In this document: in pieces, positions 1 through 9,400 of the stretch | Layout of the letters: each line of letters begins with the position of its first letter | How positions within the stretch are numbered: the first letter of the stretch is position 1 | From: a virus | Lineage: Duplodnaviria > Caudoviricetes | Strand: one strand, 5' to 3' | DNA: 57,275 bases | IMG/VR virus record: IMGVR_UViG_3300020463_002067 | Location: 1-57,275 of that record | Program-made: the position numbers and the translations under genes | The notes under the pieces: model-generated | Databases searched by the model: none | What the model saw: only the letters and a program-made list of their open reading frames with translations | Told to the model about the DNA's origin: nothing

Positions 1-1
1 A

Positions 2-1882
2 CTAAAAACTAGAACTGGACATCAGATATTATTACATAATACTGAAGATTTAATTTATATAGGTAATGCACAAGGTAGTGCATGGATTGAACTTACAGGT
101 AATGGTAAGATAGATATTTACGCTAATGATAGTATAAACATTAGAACTGAAACAGACCTCAACATAACAGCTGACAGAGATATCAACATTAGGTCAGGAA
201 GAGACTTTAACTTGACTACTGGTAGAGATAAAAAAGTTCATGTTGGTAACAACAATGATGTCATTATCGCAAACAATGACACAAAAAATATTGGAGTGAA
301 TCAGGACCTTAGAGTAAGTGGTGCTAGACAAAAAGCAATAGGAGCCGACGAAGACGTTCAAATTGCTGGAACACAAAGATCAACTATATCTGGAGATTAT
401 AATTTACAAGTCAGCCAAGATGGACACATTGCTATAAACGCAAACTTCCACAGTAAAGTAGTTGGCGATTATAGGCAGACTGTAAATGGTGCGTTTAATT
501 TAAACACACTCGGTGAAAACAAACTTACTAGTTATCAAAGCACACAAATTAGAAGTTTTCTAAATAATAAATTTGATGCTAATACAGGAAATACAGAAAT
601 TAAATCTGGAGTCAATCATCTTGAAACAGCAGGTAATCATATACACATGAATAGTACAATACCAGCAACATCAGCAGACACAGCAGATGTAATTGGCGAT
701 ACATTTACTAAACCAGCAACTAATAATTCGTTAGACGATGCTGACGAAGTACGCGACAAGGATAATCAAGTTATTAATGATGCTGACGGAAACCCATTAA
801 AAGTAACAGCAGATGCAACAAGAGCAGGCGAAGCCGCAGAAGCGGCCACTCCAAGACGTGTTCCGTTGCATGAACCTTGGGCAGGACACGAAAGTTACAA
901 TCCATCAGGACATACTCCGGGATCTACAGAAAGTATTATTCAATCATCTCCTTCTTTAAGGCAATCATCTCCAACGTTGGAGAAAGAATCAGACATGCCT
1001 GAACGTAACAGTACCTCTGGTGTGTATAGAGCAGGAGATTCAGATCCGTCAGTTGTTGAAATAGACAAAGTATTCAAAAGCAACGATGATGGTGAAGTTG
1101 GAAAACAACCTTTAGAACCGGTATCAAGACGAGAGTCACAAAGATTTTTCTTAAGTGAACTTATAAAAGCCTTAGGGCTAGATCCTGTTAAAGCATTGCA
1201 AAGCGGAGCAGTAGAAGGAGGAGCAGGAGAAGCATTAGCTATGGCTATTGCCCAAATTAAAGCAGAAAGTAATTATGAACCTCAAAGCGAAAATTTAAAT
1301 TACAGTGCCCAAGGATTAAGGGCAACTTTTAAAATGTTTAGAAAACCAGGCGGTCGTGCATTGTCAGAGCAGTTACATAGAAAGCCTGTAGAAATAGGTA
1401 GTGTTGTTTATGGTAGTAGAATGGGCAACGGCGGACCTGAAACTGGTGATGGCTGGAGATATAGAGGACGTGGACTAATCCAATTAACCGGTACAGACAA
1501 TTATAAATTATACGGAGGATTTGCTGGAGTAGATATTTACAAAAATCCAGAATTAGCAAATGATCCTAAAGTTGCTTGTAAACTGGCAGTTGCTTATTTG
1601 ACCAAAGGACCAAAGGCAAGGTTTATTACTTGGACTGATACTAATTTTACTAGTTTAGGAAAACAATTTCAAAATGCAGTTGGTTACGCTAACCCTTCAA
1701 AAAAGACACCAGAGAGAATATTAATAGGTAAAGGACTTTGGCAACAAATTAAAAATGGTGATCTAACACCATTGGCTGATGTGACACCACCAACAGCAAT
1801 TGATACAGGTGAAGGAACAGCATCGGTGCAAACAGAGGAACAATCAAATAATGAAAACGCAGGATTGGATGGACCATTTTAA
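2..1882 (+). CDS. gp5/VgrG-like baseplate central spike with C-terminal GH19 (chitinase-class) peptidoglycan hydrolase; 5'-partial
   Basis: The frame is open from base 2 (LKTRTGHQILLHNTEDLIYIGN...), so the track start at 212 is internal. Beta-helix-like repeats (VHVGNNNDVII, IAGTQRSTISGDYNLQV) are followed by a linker and GH19 motifs AQIKAES, ENLNYS, GDGWRYRGRGLIQLTG..NY. PAAR and gp25 genes follow. Confidence 0.85.
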   Translation, partial: LKTRTGHQILLHNTEDLIYIGNAQGSAWIELTGNGKIDIYANDSINIRTETDLNITADRDINIRSGRDFNLTTGRDKKVHVGNNNDVIIANNDTKNIGVNQDLRVSGARQKAIGADEDVQIAGTQRSTISGDYNLQVSQDGHIAINANFHSKVVGDYRQTVNGAFNLNTLGENKLTSYQSTQIRSFLNNKFDANTGNTEIKSGVNHLETAGNHIHMNSTIPATSADTADVIGDTFTKPATNNSLDDADEVRDKDNQVINDADGNPLKVTADATRAGEAAEAATPRRVPLHEPWAGHESYNPSGHTPGSTESIIQSSPSLRQSSPTLEKESDMPERNSTSGVYRAGDSDPSVVEIDKVFKSNDDGEVGKQPLEPVSRRESQRFFLSELIKALGLDPVKALQSGAVEGGAGEALAMAIAQIKAESNYEPQSENLNYSAQGLRATFKMFRKPGGRALSEQLHRKPVEIGSVVYGSRMGNGGPETGDGWRYRGRGLIQLTGTDNYKLYGGFAGVDIYKNPELANDPKVACKLAVAYLTKGPKARFITWTDTNFTSLGKQFQNAVGYANPSKKTPERILIGKGLWQQIKNGDLTPLADVTPPTAIDTGEGTASVQTEEQSNNENAGLDGPF

Positions 1883-2085
1883 TGCATAAATTTGTAGTAA
1901 TGAAAAATAATGAATTGCAAACATATACAGACTATGATGCAATACCTAACGACTTTGATCATGTAATAGAGTTTTTACCAGAAGTTCCTGAAGGTCCACA
2001 CACTGAAGAACAACACGAAGAAATAGAACAATGGAATGGAAAATTACAAAAATTAATGGAGATCGAACGTGCCGGCAGTATGTAG
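1882..2085 (+). CDS. small acidic hypothetical phage protein
   Basis: 67 aa; TAATG coupling to the spike gene; lies between spike and PAAR genes. Confidence 0.65.
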   Translation: MHKFVVMKNNELQTYTDYDAIPNDFDHVIEFLPEVPEGPHTEEQHEEIEQWNGKLQKLMEIERAGSM

Positions 2086-2365
2086 AGGTGATAGTGTAGA
2101 TTCTGATGTAGCACACTGTTCTACACCTAAAAGAGACCAATGTAGTGGTGATGTTTTTCTTAACGGAACCGGAGTATCTCGTCAAGATGATAACAACACT
2201 TCTCATTTACTACCAGCTCCTATTTGTCCTAGTCATGCAAAACCTATTACAACAGGTAGTACAGAAGTATTTGCTAATGGTAAAGGCGTAGGAAGAGTTG
2301 GTGATGCTATTACGGACTGCACAAGTGTTGCAACAGGAAGTCCTACAGTTTTCGCTGGTCCTTAG
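2069..2365 (+). CDS. PAAR-repeat spike-tip protein (T4 gp5.4-like)
   Basis: 98 aa with PAAR-type segments MPAVCRGD, GSTEVFANGKGVGRVGD, GSPTVFAG and Cys/His candidate metal ligands; GTG start after GGAG. Confidence 0.9.
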   Translation: MPAVCRGDSVDSDVAHCSTPKRDQCSGDVFLNGTGVSRQDDNNTSHLLPAPICPSHAKPITTGSTEVFANGKGVGRVGDAITDCTSVATGSPTVFAGP

Positions 2366-2371
2366 AATAGG

Positions 2372-2377
2372 TAAATA
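2372..2377 (+). promoter_or_regulatory. T4-late-like promoter core TAAATA
   Basis: GGTAAATA in a 17-bp intergenic gap, 5 nt before the ATG at 2383. Confidence 0.5.
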
Positions 2378-2382
2378 TTAAT

Positions 2383-2817
2383 ATGGCAACAGATTTATAT
2401 AAACAAATTAAAATTACACCTAAGAAAGAGAAGAAAAATCCTATTAGGTCAAAAACATATAGGGGTTTCAGCACAGTTAATCCTGAAAATAGCTCCTTTC
2501 AGCAGTATGACATTGCTTTGATTAAACAGAATTTGCTTAATCATCTTCATATTAGACAAGGAGAAAAGTTATCTGATCCTACGTTTGGTTGTATTATCTG
2601 GGAAGCACTATACGAACCATTAACAACAAGATTAAAAGAAGCTATTACAGCTAACGTTACAAATATTGTTAATTATGACCCAAGAACAAGAGCATCAGGC
2701 GTTCAAGTTTCAGAATTTGAAAGCGGACTTCAAGTTGAATGTACATTAACATACTTAGACTACAATATTAGTGAACAACTAAAAATGCAGTTTGATAAGA
2801 ATGTTGGGTTAGCGTGA
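2383..2817 (+). CDS. gp25: baseplate wedge subunit, gp25-like
   Basis: D..LIKQNLLNHLHIRQGEKLSDPTFGC.IW..LYEP and YDPR motifs typical of the gp25/GPW family; position between PAAR and gp6. Confidence 0.9.
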   Translation: MATDLYKQIKITPKKEKKNPIRSKTYRGFSTVNPENSSFQQYDIALIKQNLLNHLHIRQGEKLSDPTFGCIIWEALYEPLTTRLKEAITANVTNIVNYDPRTRASGVQVSEFESGLQVECTLTYLDYNISEQLKMQFDKNVGLA

Positions 2818-2846
2818 CACAATTAACTACTAGTATTATTGTTTAT

Positions 2847-2854
2847 AATAAATA
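2847..2854 (+). promoter_or_regulatory. T4-late-like promoter AATAAATA
   Basis: 7/8 match to TATAAATA in the intergenic gap, upstream of an AAGGA RBS and the ATG at 2882. Confidence 0.6.
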
Positions 2855-2881
2855 CTGTAAGCGTTAAAAGAAGGATAACCA

Positions 2882-5800
2882 ATGTCATCAACCGACAGAC
2901 AAAATAGACTGCTACTTGCAGAAGATTGGCAGAAAGTATATCAAAGCTACCGTAATGCGGAGTTCCGTAGTTACGACTTTGACACACTTAGACGGGCAAT
3001 GATCACCTATCTAAGACAAAATTACCCAGAAGATTTTAACGACTATGTAGATACATCAGAGTATATCGCTCTTATTGATATGATTGCTTTCTTGGGGCAA
3101 AATATTAGTTATAGAGTTGACTTAAACGCAAGAGAAAACTTTTTAGAATTAGCTGAACGTAGAGAATCAGTTCTCCGTTTAGCACGTATGCTATCCTACA
3201 ATCCTAAACGTAATCAATGTGCAAATGGATTAATAAAATTTGAGACAGTAAGTACTACAGAATCATTAGTAGATAGTAACGGTAGTAATCTATCAGGACA
3301 AACAATTATTTGGAACGATCCTAGTAACGCAAATTGGGCAGAGCAGTTTAGACGTGTTCTTAATGCGGCACTACCTCAAAATGGAACAATAGGTAAGCCA
3401 GCTAAGACAGTAGTAATTAATGGCGTGTCAACGCAACAGTATAGGTTCAATAGTGAAGGAGCAGATGTTCCTGTTTTTGCTTTTACTAAAGCAGTAGGCG
3501 GACAGCCAACACAATTTGAAATGGTGTCAACTGGTATTGACGAAGATAGAAAAGTAATTAAAGAAGAAAATCCTGTACCAGGAACAAGTTTAGCATTTTT
3601 GTATAGGGAAGACGGCAGAGGTTCAGGAAGTGCAAACACAGGATATTTTTTACATTTTAGACAAGGAAGTTTAAAGTCCAATGTATTCAATGTTAATAGT
3701 CCTAGTGCAAATCAAAAAATTGCAATTGAAGCACAAAATATCAACGATACAGATGTATGGTTATATTCTTTAGACGATCTTGGAATACCAGATAGAATTT
3801 GGTCTAAGGTTGATTCTTTAGAAGGCAACAATGCAATTTATAATAGTTTGAATAAACGTATTAGAGATTTTTATGCTGTACAGACTAGAGCAGATGACGA
3901 AGTCAGTTTAGTATTTGCAGATGGAACTTTTGGTAATACACCAGCAGGACAGTTTAGAGTATATTATAGAACTAGTGCTAATAGACTAATGTCTATTGCA
4001 CCAAGCGAATTAACTAGTATTACATTTTCGTTACCTTATGTAAGTCAATCAGGTACAACTGAAACAATGACTATTGGAGTTGAGCTTAAAACAGCAGTAA
4101 CTAACGCTACAACTAGCGAATCATCTGCAGACATTAGACAGAATGCTCCTCAAACTTATTACACACAAAACAGAATGATTACTGGGGAGGATTATAATAT
4201 TGTTCCTCTAACTAGCAACCAAGAAATTATAAAAGTAAAATCAACAAATAGAACAACAAGTGGTATTAGTAGATATTTTGATCTAAAAGATGCTACTGGA
4301 AAATATTCAAGCACAAATTTATATGGCTCAGATGGTGTGTTATACAGAGAACCATATGAAAGCAAAACATCATTTACTTTTAACACACAAACAGATATTG
4401 AAGGCGCCATAGAAAATACTATATTACCTATTATACAAAGTAGAGCAATAAGTAATTTTTACTTTGGTAACTATGCTAAAATTATTGTTAGTGATCTAAA
4501 TGCTAGATGGAAGCAGTCAACAAAAACTACAAATAGTTCAACAGGCTTACTACAAAATATTAGTGATGTTCCATATCAAGTTGGCACATTTACTGGTGGT
4601 TCTTTAAAATATGTAGAAGCCGGCGCTTTGCTTAAATTCAAATCACCACTAGGTTTTTATTTTATTGGTGATGGAGAACTTACAAGCGATGCAACAGCAA
4701 AAGGTGCTAGTGATTATAAATGGGTAAAAGTTATTAGTGTCAATGGTGCAGGTACAAGTGTTGATAGTGTTACAGGTGTCGGACCTATTGTGTTTAATGA
4801 AATCCTTCCTGCTAACAGTGTCCTTGAAGAAGTTAAACCTAAGATAGTAAAAGACATTACTCCTGATATTAGATCACAAATTATTGATCAAGTGTTTGCA
4901 TATAAAACATTTGGACTACGTTACGACCAAGTTAATCGTAATTGGAGAGTGATTATTAATGAAAACTTGAATACAGTAGATGTGTTTAGTAATGGTAAAA
5001 CGGGTGATGTAACTAAAAATCAACTTGACTCAAGTTGGATTGTTCTTTTTGAAACTAATGGAGAAAAGTATACTGTTACAAATAGAGGATTAAGATATGT
5101 TTTTGAAAGTGATACAGAATTAAGTTTTTACTTTGATGGACAAAATAAAATTTACGATTCACAAACAGGACAATTAGTAAAAGACAAAATTGGAATCATG
5201 AATTTTAATACTAAGCCTGATTCGTTAAATGCTTTTAACAATGATGTTAATTGGGAAATTGTTAATGAGTTTAGAAATACAGACGGATATATTAATAGTA
5301 AAAAAGTTGAAGTAAGTTTCTTTGATCTAAATGATGACGGAAGCGTAGACGATCCGGATATTTTTGACAACGTTGTTGCTCCGTTAACTAACCCATCTAC
5401 AAAATATATATTCTTAAAGAAACAATCTACAGATGAAGGATTTAGCAAATACAATTATTATAGCCAAGGTAATACAATTAACGTTGTTACTACAGAAACA
5501 GAAATTGGAGCATACAGTCAATATAGTGAAGGACAAGTATTTTATATTATTGATACTAATAACTTTAAAGTTTTAATCGGCAACATACTTACAGTAACAG
5601 CAGATTACAAAGCACACATTGGAAGATCAAATCTTAAATTCCAATATGTACATAGTGCAGACGAAGGAAATAGAATTGATCCTAGTGCAAGTAATATTAT
5701 TGACATTTATATGTTAACTAAAACTTACGACACAAACTTTAGAAGATACCTTTCAGGTGCTACAAGTGTTATGCCTTTACCACCAAGCACTGATGAGTTA

Positions 5801-6448
5801 TTTCAAAACTATGGTTCGTCTATAGCATTATACAAATCAATAAGTGACGAAGTAATATATCATCCGGTTAGTTATAAACCTTTGTTTGGAGTACATGCAC
5901 AAGAAAATTTACAAGCAACTATTAAAATTGTAAAAAATGACGGAGAAGTAGTTAATAATAACGAAATAAAAGTTAATGTTATTGGTGCTATAAACAGATT
6001 CTTTGCATTACAAAATTGGGACTTCGGAGACTCATTCCACTTTACTGAACTAGCAACTTACGTAATGAATGAAGTAGCACCAGATGTTGTTAATATACTT
6101 CTTGTACCTAAGCAAGCCACACAGGGCTTTGGTAGTTTATACGAAGTAAAAGCAGAGAACAATGAAATCTTTGTTAATGATGCAACAGTTGATGATGTTG
6201 AAATTATCGATTCTATTACAGCATCGAGAATACAAGCATCAGGCAAAATTGTTACTTCAACAGGTACAACTAATGCTGGCATTAGAAGCCAACCATTATC
6301 AACAGTAAGTGCATCAAATACAACTACTACTAGCACAACAACTAGTACGTCGAGTTCAAGTAGCTCAAGTAGCTCAAGTAGTTCAAGTAGCTCAGGTAGC
6401 TCAGGTAGCTCGGGCGGTTCAGGATCAAGTGGAGGCTATGGGTACTAA
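2882..6448 (+). CDS. gp6: baseplate wedge protein, gp6-like (extended, 1188 aa)
   Basis: gp6/baseplate-J-type motifs YDFDTLR, ENFLELAERRESVLRLARMLSYNPKR, VFADGTFGNTP, ESSADIRQNAP, QNRMITGEDY; follows gp25. Confidence 0.85.
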   Translation: MSSTDRQNRLLLAEDWQKVYQSYRNAEFRSYDFDTLRRAMITYLRQNYPEDFNDYVDTSEYIALIDMIAFLGQNISYRVDLNARENFLELAERRESVLRLARMLSYNPKRNQCANGLIKFETVSTTESLVDSNGSNLSGQTIIWNDPSNANWAEQFRRVLNAALPQNGTIGKPAKTVVINGVSTQQYRFNSEGADVPVFAFTKAVGGQPTQFEMVSTGIDEDRKVIKEENPVPGTSLAFLYREDGRGSGSANTGYFLHFRQGSLKSNVFNVNSPSANQKIAIEAQNINDTDVWLYSLDDLGIPDRIWSKVDSLEGNNAIYNSLNKRIRDFYAVQTRADDEVSLVFADGTFGNTPAGQFRVYYRTSANRLMSIAPSELTSITFSLPYVSQSGTTETMTIGVELKTAVTNATTSESSADIRQNAPQTYYTQNRMITGEDYNIVPLTSNQEIIKVKSTNRTTSGISRYFDLKDATGKYSSTNLYGSDGVLYREPYESKTSFTFNTQTDIEGAIENTILPIIQSRAISNFYFGNYAKIIVSDLNARWKQSTKTTNSSTGLLQNISDVPYQVGTFTGGSLKYVEAGALLKFKSPLGFYFIGDGELTSDATAKGASDYKWVKVISVNGAGTSVDSVTGVGPIVFNEILPANSVLEEVKPKIVKDITPDIRSQIIDQVFAYKTFGLRYDQVNRNWRVIINENLNTVDVFSNGKTGDVTKNQLDSSWIVLFETNGEKYTVTNRGLRYVFESDTELSFYFDGQNKIYDSQTGQLVKDKIGIMNFNTKPDSLNAFNNDVNWEIVNEFRNTDGYINSKKVEVSFFDLNDDGSVDDPDIFDNVVAPLTNPSTKYIFLKKQSTDEGFSKYNYYSQGNTINVVTTETEIGAYSQYSEGQVFYIIDTNNFKVLIGNILTVTADYKAHIGRSNLKFQYVHSADEGNRIDPSASNIIDIYMLTKTYDTNFRRYLSGATSVMPLPPSTDELFQNYGSSIALYKSISDEVIYHPVSYKPLFGVHAQENLQATIKIVKNDGEVVNNNEIKVNVIGAINRFFALQNWDFGDSFHFTELATYVMNEVAPDVVNILLVPKQATQGFGSLYEVKAENNEIFVNDATVDDVEIIDSITASRIQASGKIVTSTGTTNAGIRSQPLSTVSASNTTTTSTTTSTSSSSSSSSSSSSSSSGSSGSSGGSGSSGGYGY
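6359..6412 (+). repeat. 9-bp tandem repeat (A/G)GTAG(C/T)TC(A/G) x6 encoding a Ser/Gly tract
   Basis: agtagctca agtagctca agtagttca agtagctca ggtagctca ggtagctcg within the gp6 C-terminus. Confidence 0.9.
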
Positions 6449-9400
6449 TGGCGCAAGATGAAAGTCCAATTCCAGTAGAAGGTGATACTTCAAAAAGGAA
6501 ATCAGCAAATTTACTTCCGAAGTACTTTAGAACAACAGCAAATAAAAAGTTTCTAAGTAGTACAATTGATCAGTTAATGCAACCTGGCGTTATTGAAAAG
6601 GTTGACGGATTTATTGGACGAAAAGATTCAAAAGCATTTAAAGCCTCTGATAATTATTTGTCAGATGTAACGCCCGACAGAGAAAACTATCAATTAGAGC
6701 CTGTTGCAACAATCACAGACGATTTAGGTAATACAACTTTTTATAGAGATTACAGGGATTATGTAAATGCATCTAAAATTAGAAATACAGATAATGTAGA
6801 TCACAGTCTGTATAATTCACAAGAGTATTACGCATGGCAACCTCATATTGACTGGGATAAGTTTGTAAACTTTAGAGAATACTATTGGCTACCAGCAGGC
6901 CCAGACGAGATTCCAGTTTTTGGAACTGCAAGAGAAGTTAAAAGTACGTTCAATGTAAAGCGTCAAGATAACATTGATAACAACAGTTATATTTTTAGCG
7001 AAGAAAATAAAGTAAGCAATCCTACATTAACACTCTACAGAGGACAAGAATATACATTTGATATTGATTGTATAGATATGCCTTTTAGTATTAGAACTAG
7101 CAACAGTATAGATGACGATTCAAACTTATACAACGTAGATGTAAGTCAACAAAAAGTTGAACAAGGTTCTATTACTTGGAAAATTAGTTTAGAATCACCA
7201 GATACATTATATTACACAAACGGAAATGATATAGAAGCATCTGGACTTATTATTATAAAAGATATTAGAGACAATACACAGTTACACGTTGGTAATGAAA
7301 TACTTGGTAAGAAAAGTTATACTATGCAAAATGGTTATCAATTAACCAATGGCATGAAAGTAAAGTTTTACGGACAAATTACACCAGAGAAGTACGGAGA
7401 AGGCAATTGGTATGTTGAAGGCGTTGGTGAATCAATTAATTTAATTGCAGAAAGTGACTTAGTTATTACTGCTGACTATTTGTCAGATGTATCTACAGAA
7501 TTTGATGCTCAAGGATTTGCTACATTGCCGTTTGATGACGCTACTTCTTATGCTACTTTAAAAGATTATATTGTTATTAACAGAGCTTCTAAAGATGGAA
7601 ATCAATGGTCGCGTTATAATAAATGGACGCATAAAAGTGTAATTGAGAATGTTGCTAAAATAAACAATGTACCTGTTGTATTAGATCAAACATATAGAGC
7701 AACAAGACCAATTATTGAATTTGAAGCAGGAATTAAACTTTATCAATTTGGAACTGAATCAAAAACAGCAGTTGATTTAGTCGACACTGTCACTAACGAT
7801 GTATTTTCAAATATTGAAGGACAAGTAGGTTATTTTGTTGATGGAGTTGAACTAGTTAGCGGTATGCGTGTGTTGTTTACAGCAGACCCAGATAGCTTTG
7901 TAGCAGGAAAAATTTATGAAGTAGGTTTTATTAATCAAAACGGAACATTACAAATTGCATTAAAAGAAACAACTGATACAGCACCATTAGAGAATGAAAC
8001 AGTATTAGTTAAATCAGGTAATAACTTCAAAGGTAAAATATTTTATTACGATGGTATTACTTGGAAACAAACACAAGATAAAACAAAAGTTAATCAACAA
8101 CCATTATTTGATTTATATAACGACACTGGTGTACAGTTATCTACTTTAGATTCTAGTACTTTCGCAGGAAACAAAATTTTTAGTTACAAGGTTGGTACAG
8201 GTGCTAATGATACAGAACTAGGATTTCCATTAAGTTATAGAACTATTGAAAATAGTGGTGATATTGTTTTTGATTTTAATTTATTGTTAGACACTTATCA
8301 ATATGACGATATAGCAGATGTACTTAATGTAAGCACAGACACTGCATTATTAAGAAAGTATACTAGTAGAACTTCCTTTACAAATGTGTCAGGTTGGACT
8401 AAAGCACTAGCAAAATCTACACAGCCTGTTGTTAAACAAATAACAGTTGGTGCTAGAACAAATAATTTTATTGTTGATGTTTATATTAACAGTGGAGATT
8501 TAAACGATTTAGAAATTAAGGCTTATGTAAACAGTGTTCGTAAGCGTGAGAATGTTGATTATGTAATTAACAGAATTAACAATTATGCATATGTAACATT
8601 TAATGAAGAATTAACTAAAGACGATAAATTAGTTTTAAAAACAAAGTCTAGTGCTAAAAAAAGAGCAGGTGTTGGATTTTACGAATTCCCAATTAACTTT
8701 GAAAAAAATCCTCAAAACGAAAATGTTACAACATTTACTTTAGGTGAAGTATTAGATCACGTTGAAAGTATTGTTGATAATGTACAAGGTTTCGAAGGAG
8801 TATTCCCCGGAGTCAGTAATTTACGTGATTTAGGAAATGGGTCAAAATATGGTTTAAAATTTGTACAACATAGTGGTCCAGTTAACCTTGCATTATATAA
8901 TTTAACAGATAAAGATTTCAATAGTATCGAAGCTATGAAATATTCTGCATTTGCTTATATTAAATTCAAAAGAGAATTTTTAAGAACAGCAGACGAACTT
9001 GGGTTTGAAGGATATGACAAAGTACATGTAGATAGAATTTTATCAAAACTACATGAAAATAATACAAACAAAGATCCATTTTATTTTAGTGATATGATTC
9101 CACATGGTGGAGACACTAAGGTTAGACATGAAATTGAAGATCAATCACAAACTATTTTTAGTTTAACACGTGGTATTGATTATACAACTTTATCTGAAAC
9201 AGCAGTATTAGCATATCTAAATGAAAAACAATTATTAATCAACAAAGACTACACAGTTAGTACAGATGGATTTTTAACATTATTAAATCCCCCAACAGGC
9301 GGAGATGTGTTAGATGTTTATGAATACATTACAACAGACGGATGCTGGGTACCGCCAACACCTACTAAGTTAGGATTGTATCCTAAGTTTACTCCTGAAG

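Noticed and set aside
212-214. Track start codon of the spike gene
   Set aside because: The frame is open back to base 2; the true start is upstream of the window.
6359-6412. CRISPR array or replication-origin iterons
   Set aside because: 9-bp units with no spacers, in frame within a CDS.
2-6448. Bacterial T6SS or eCIS locus (VgrG, PAAR, TssE-like)
   Set aside because: No membrane complex or ClpV; gp25-gp6-giant protein-fibre order and T4-late-like boxes fit a myovirus.
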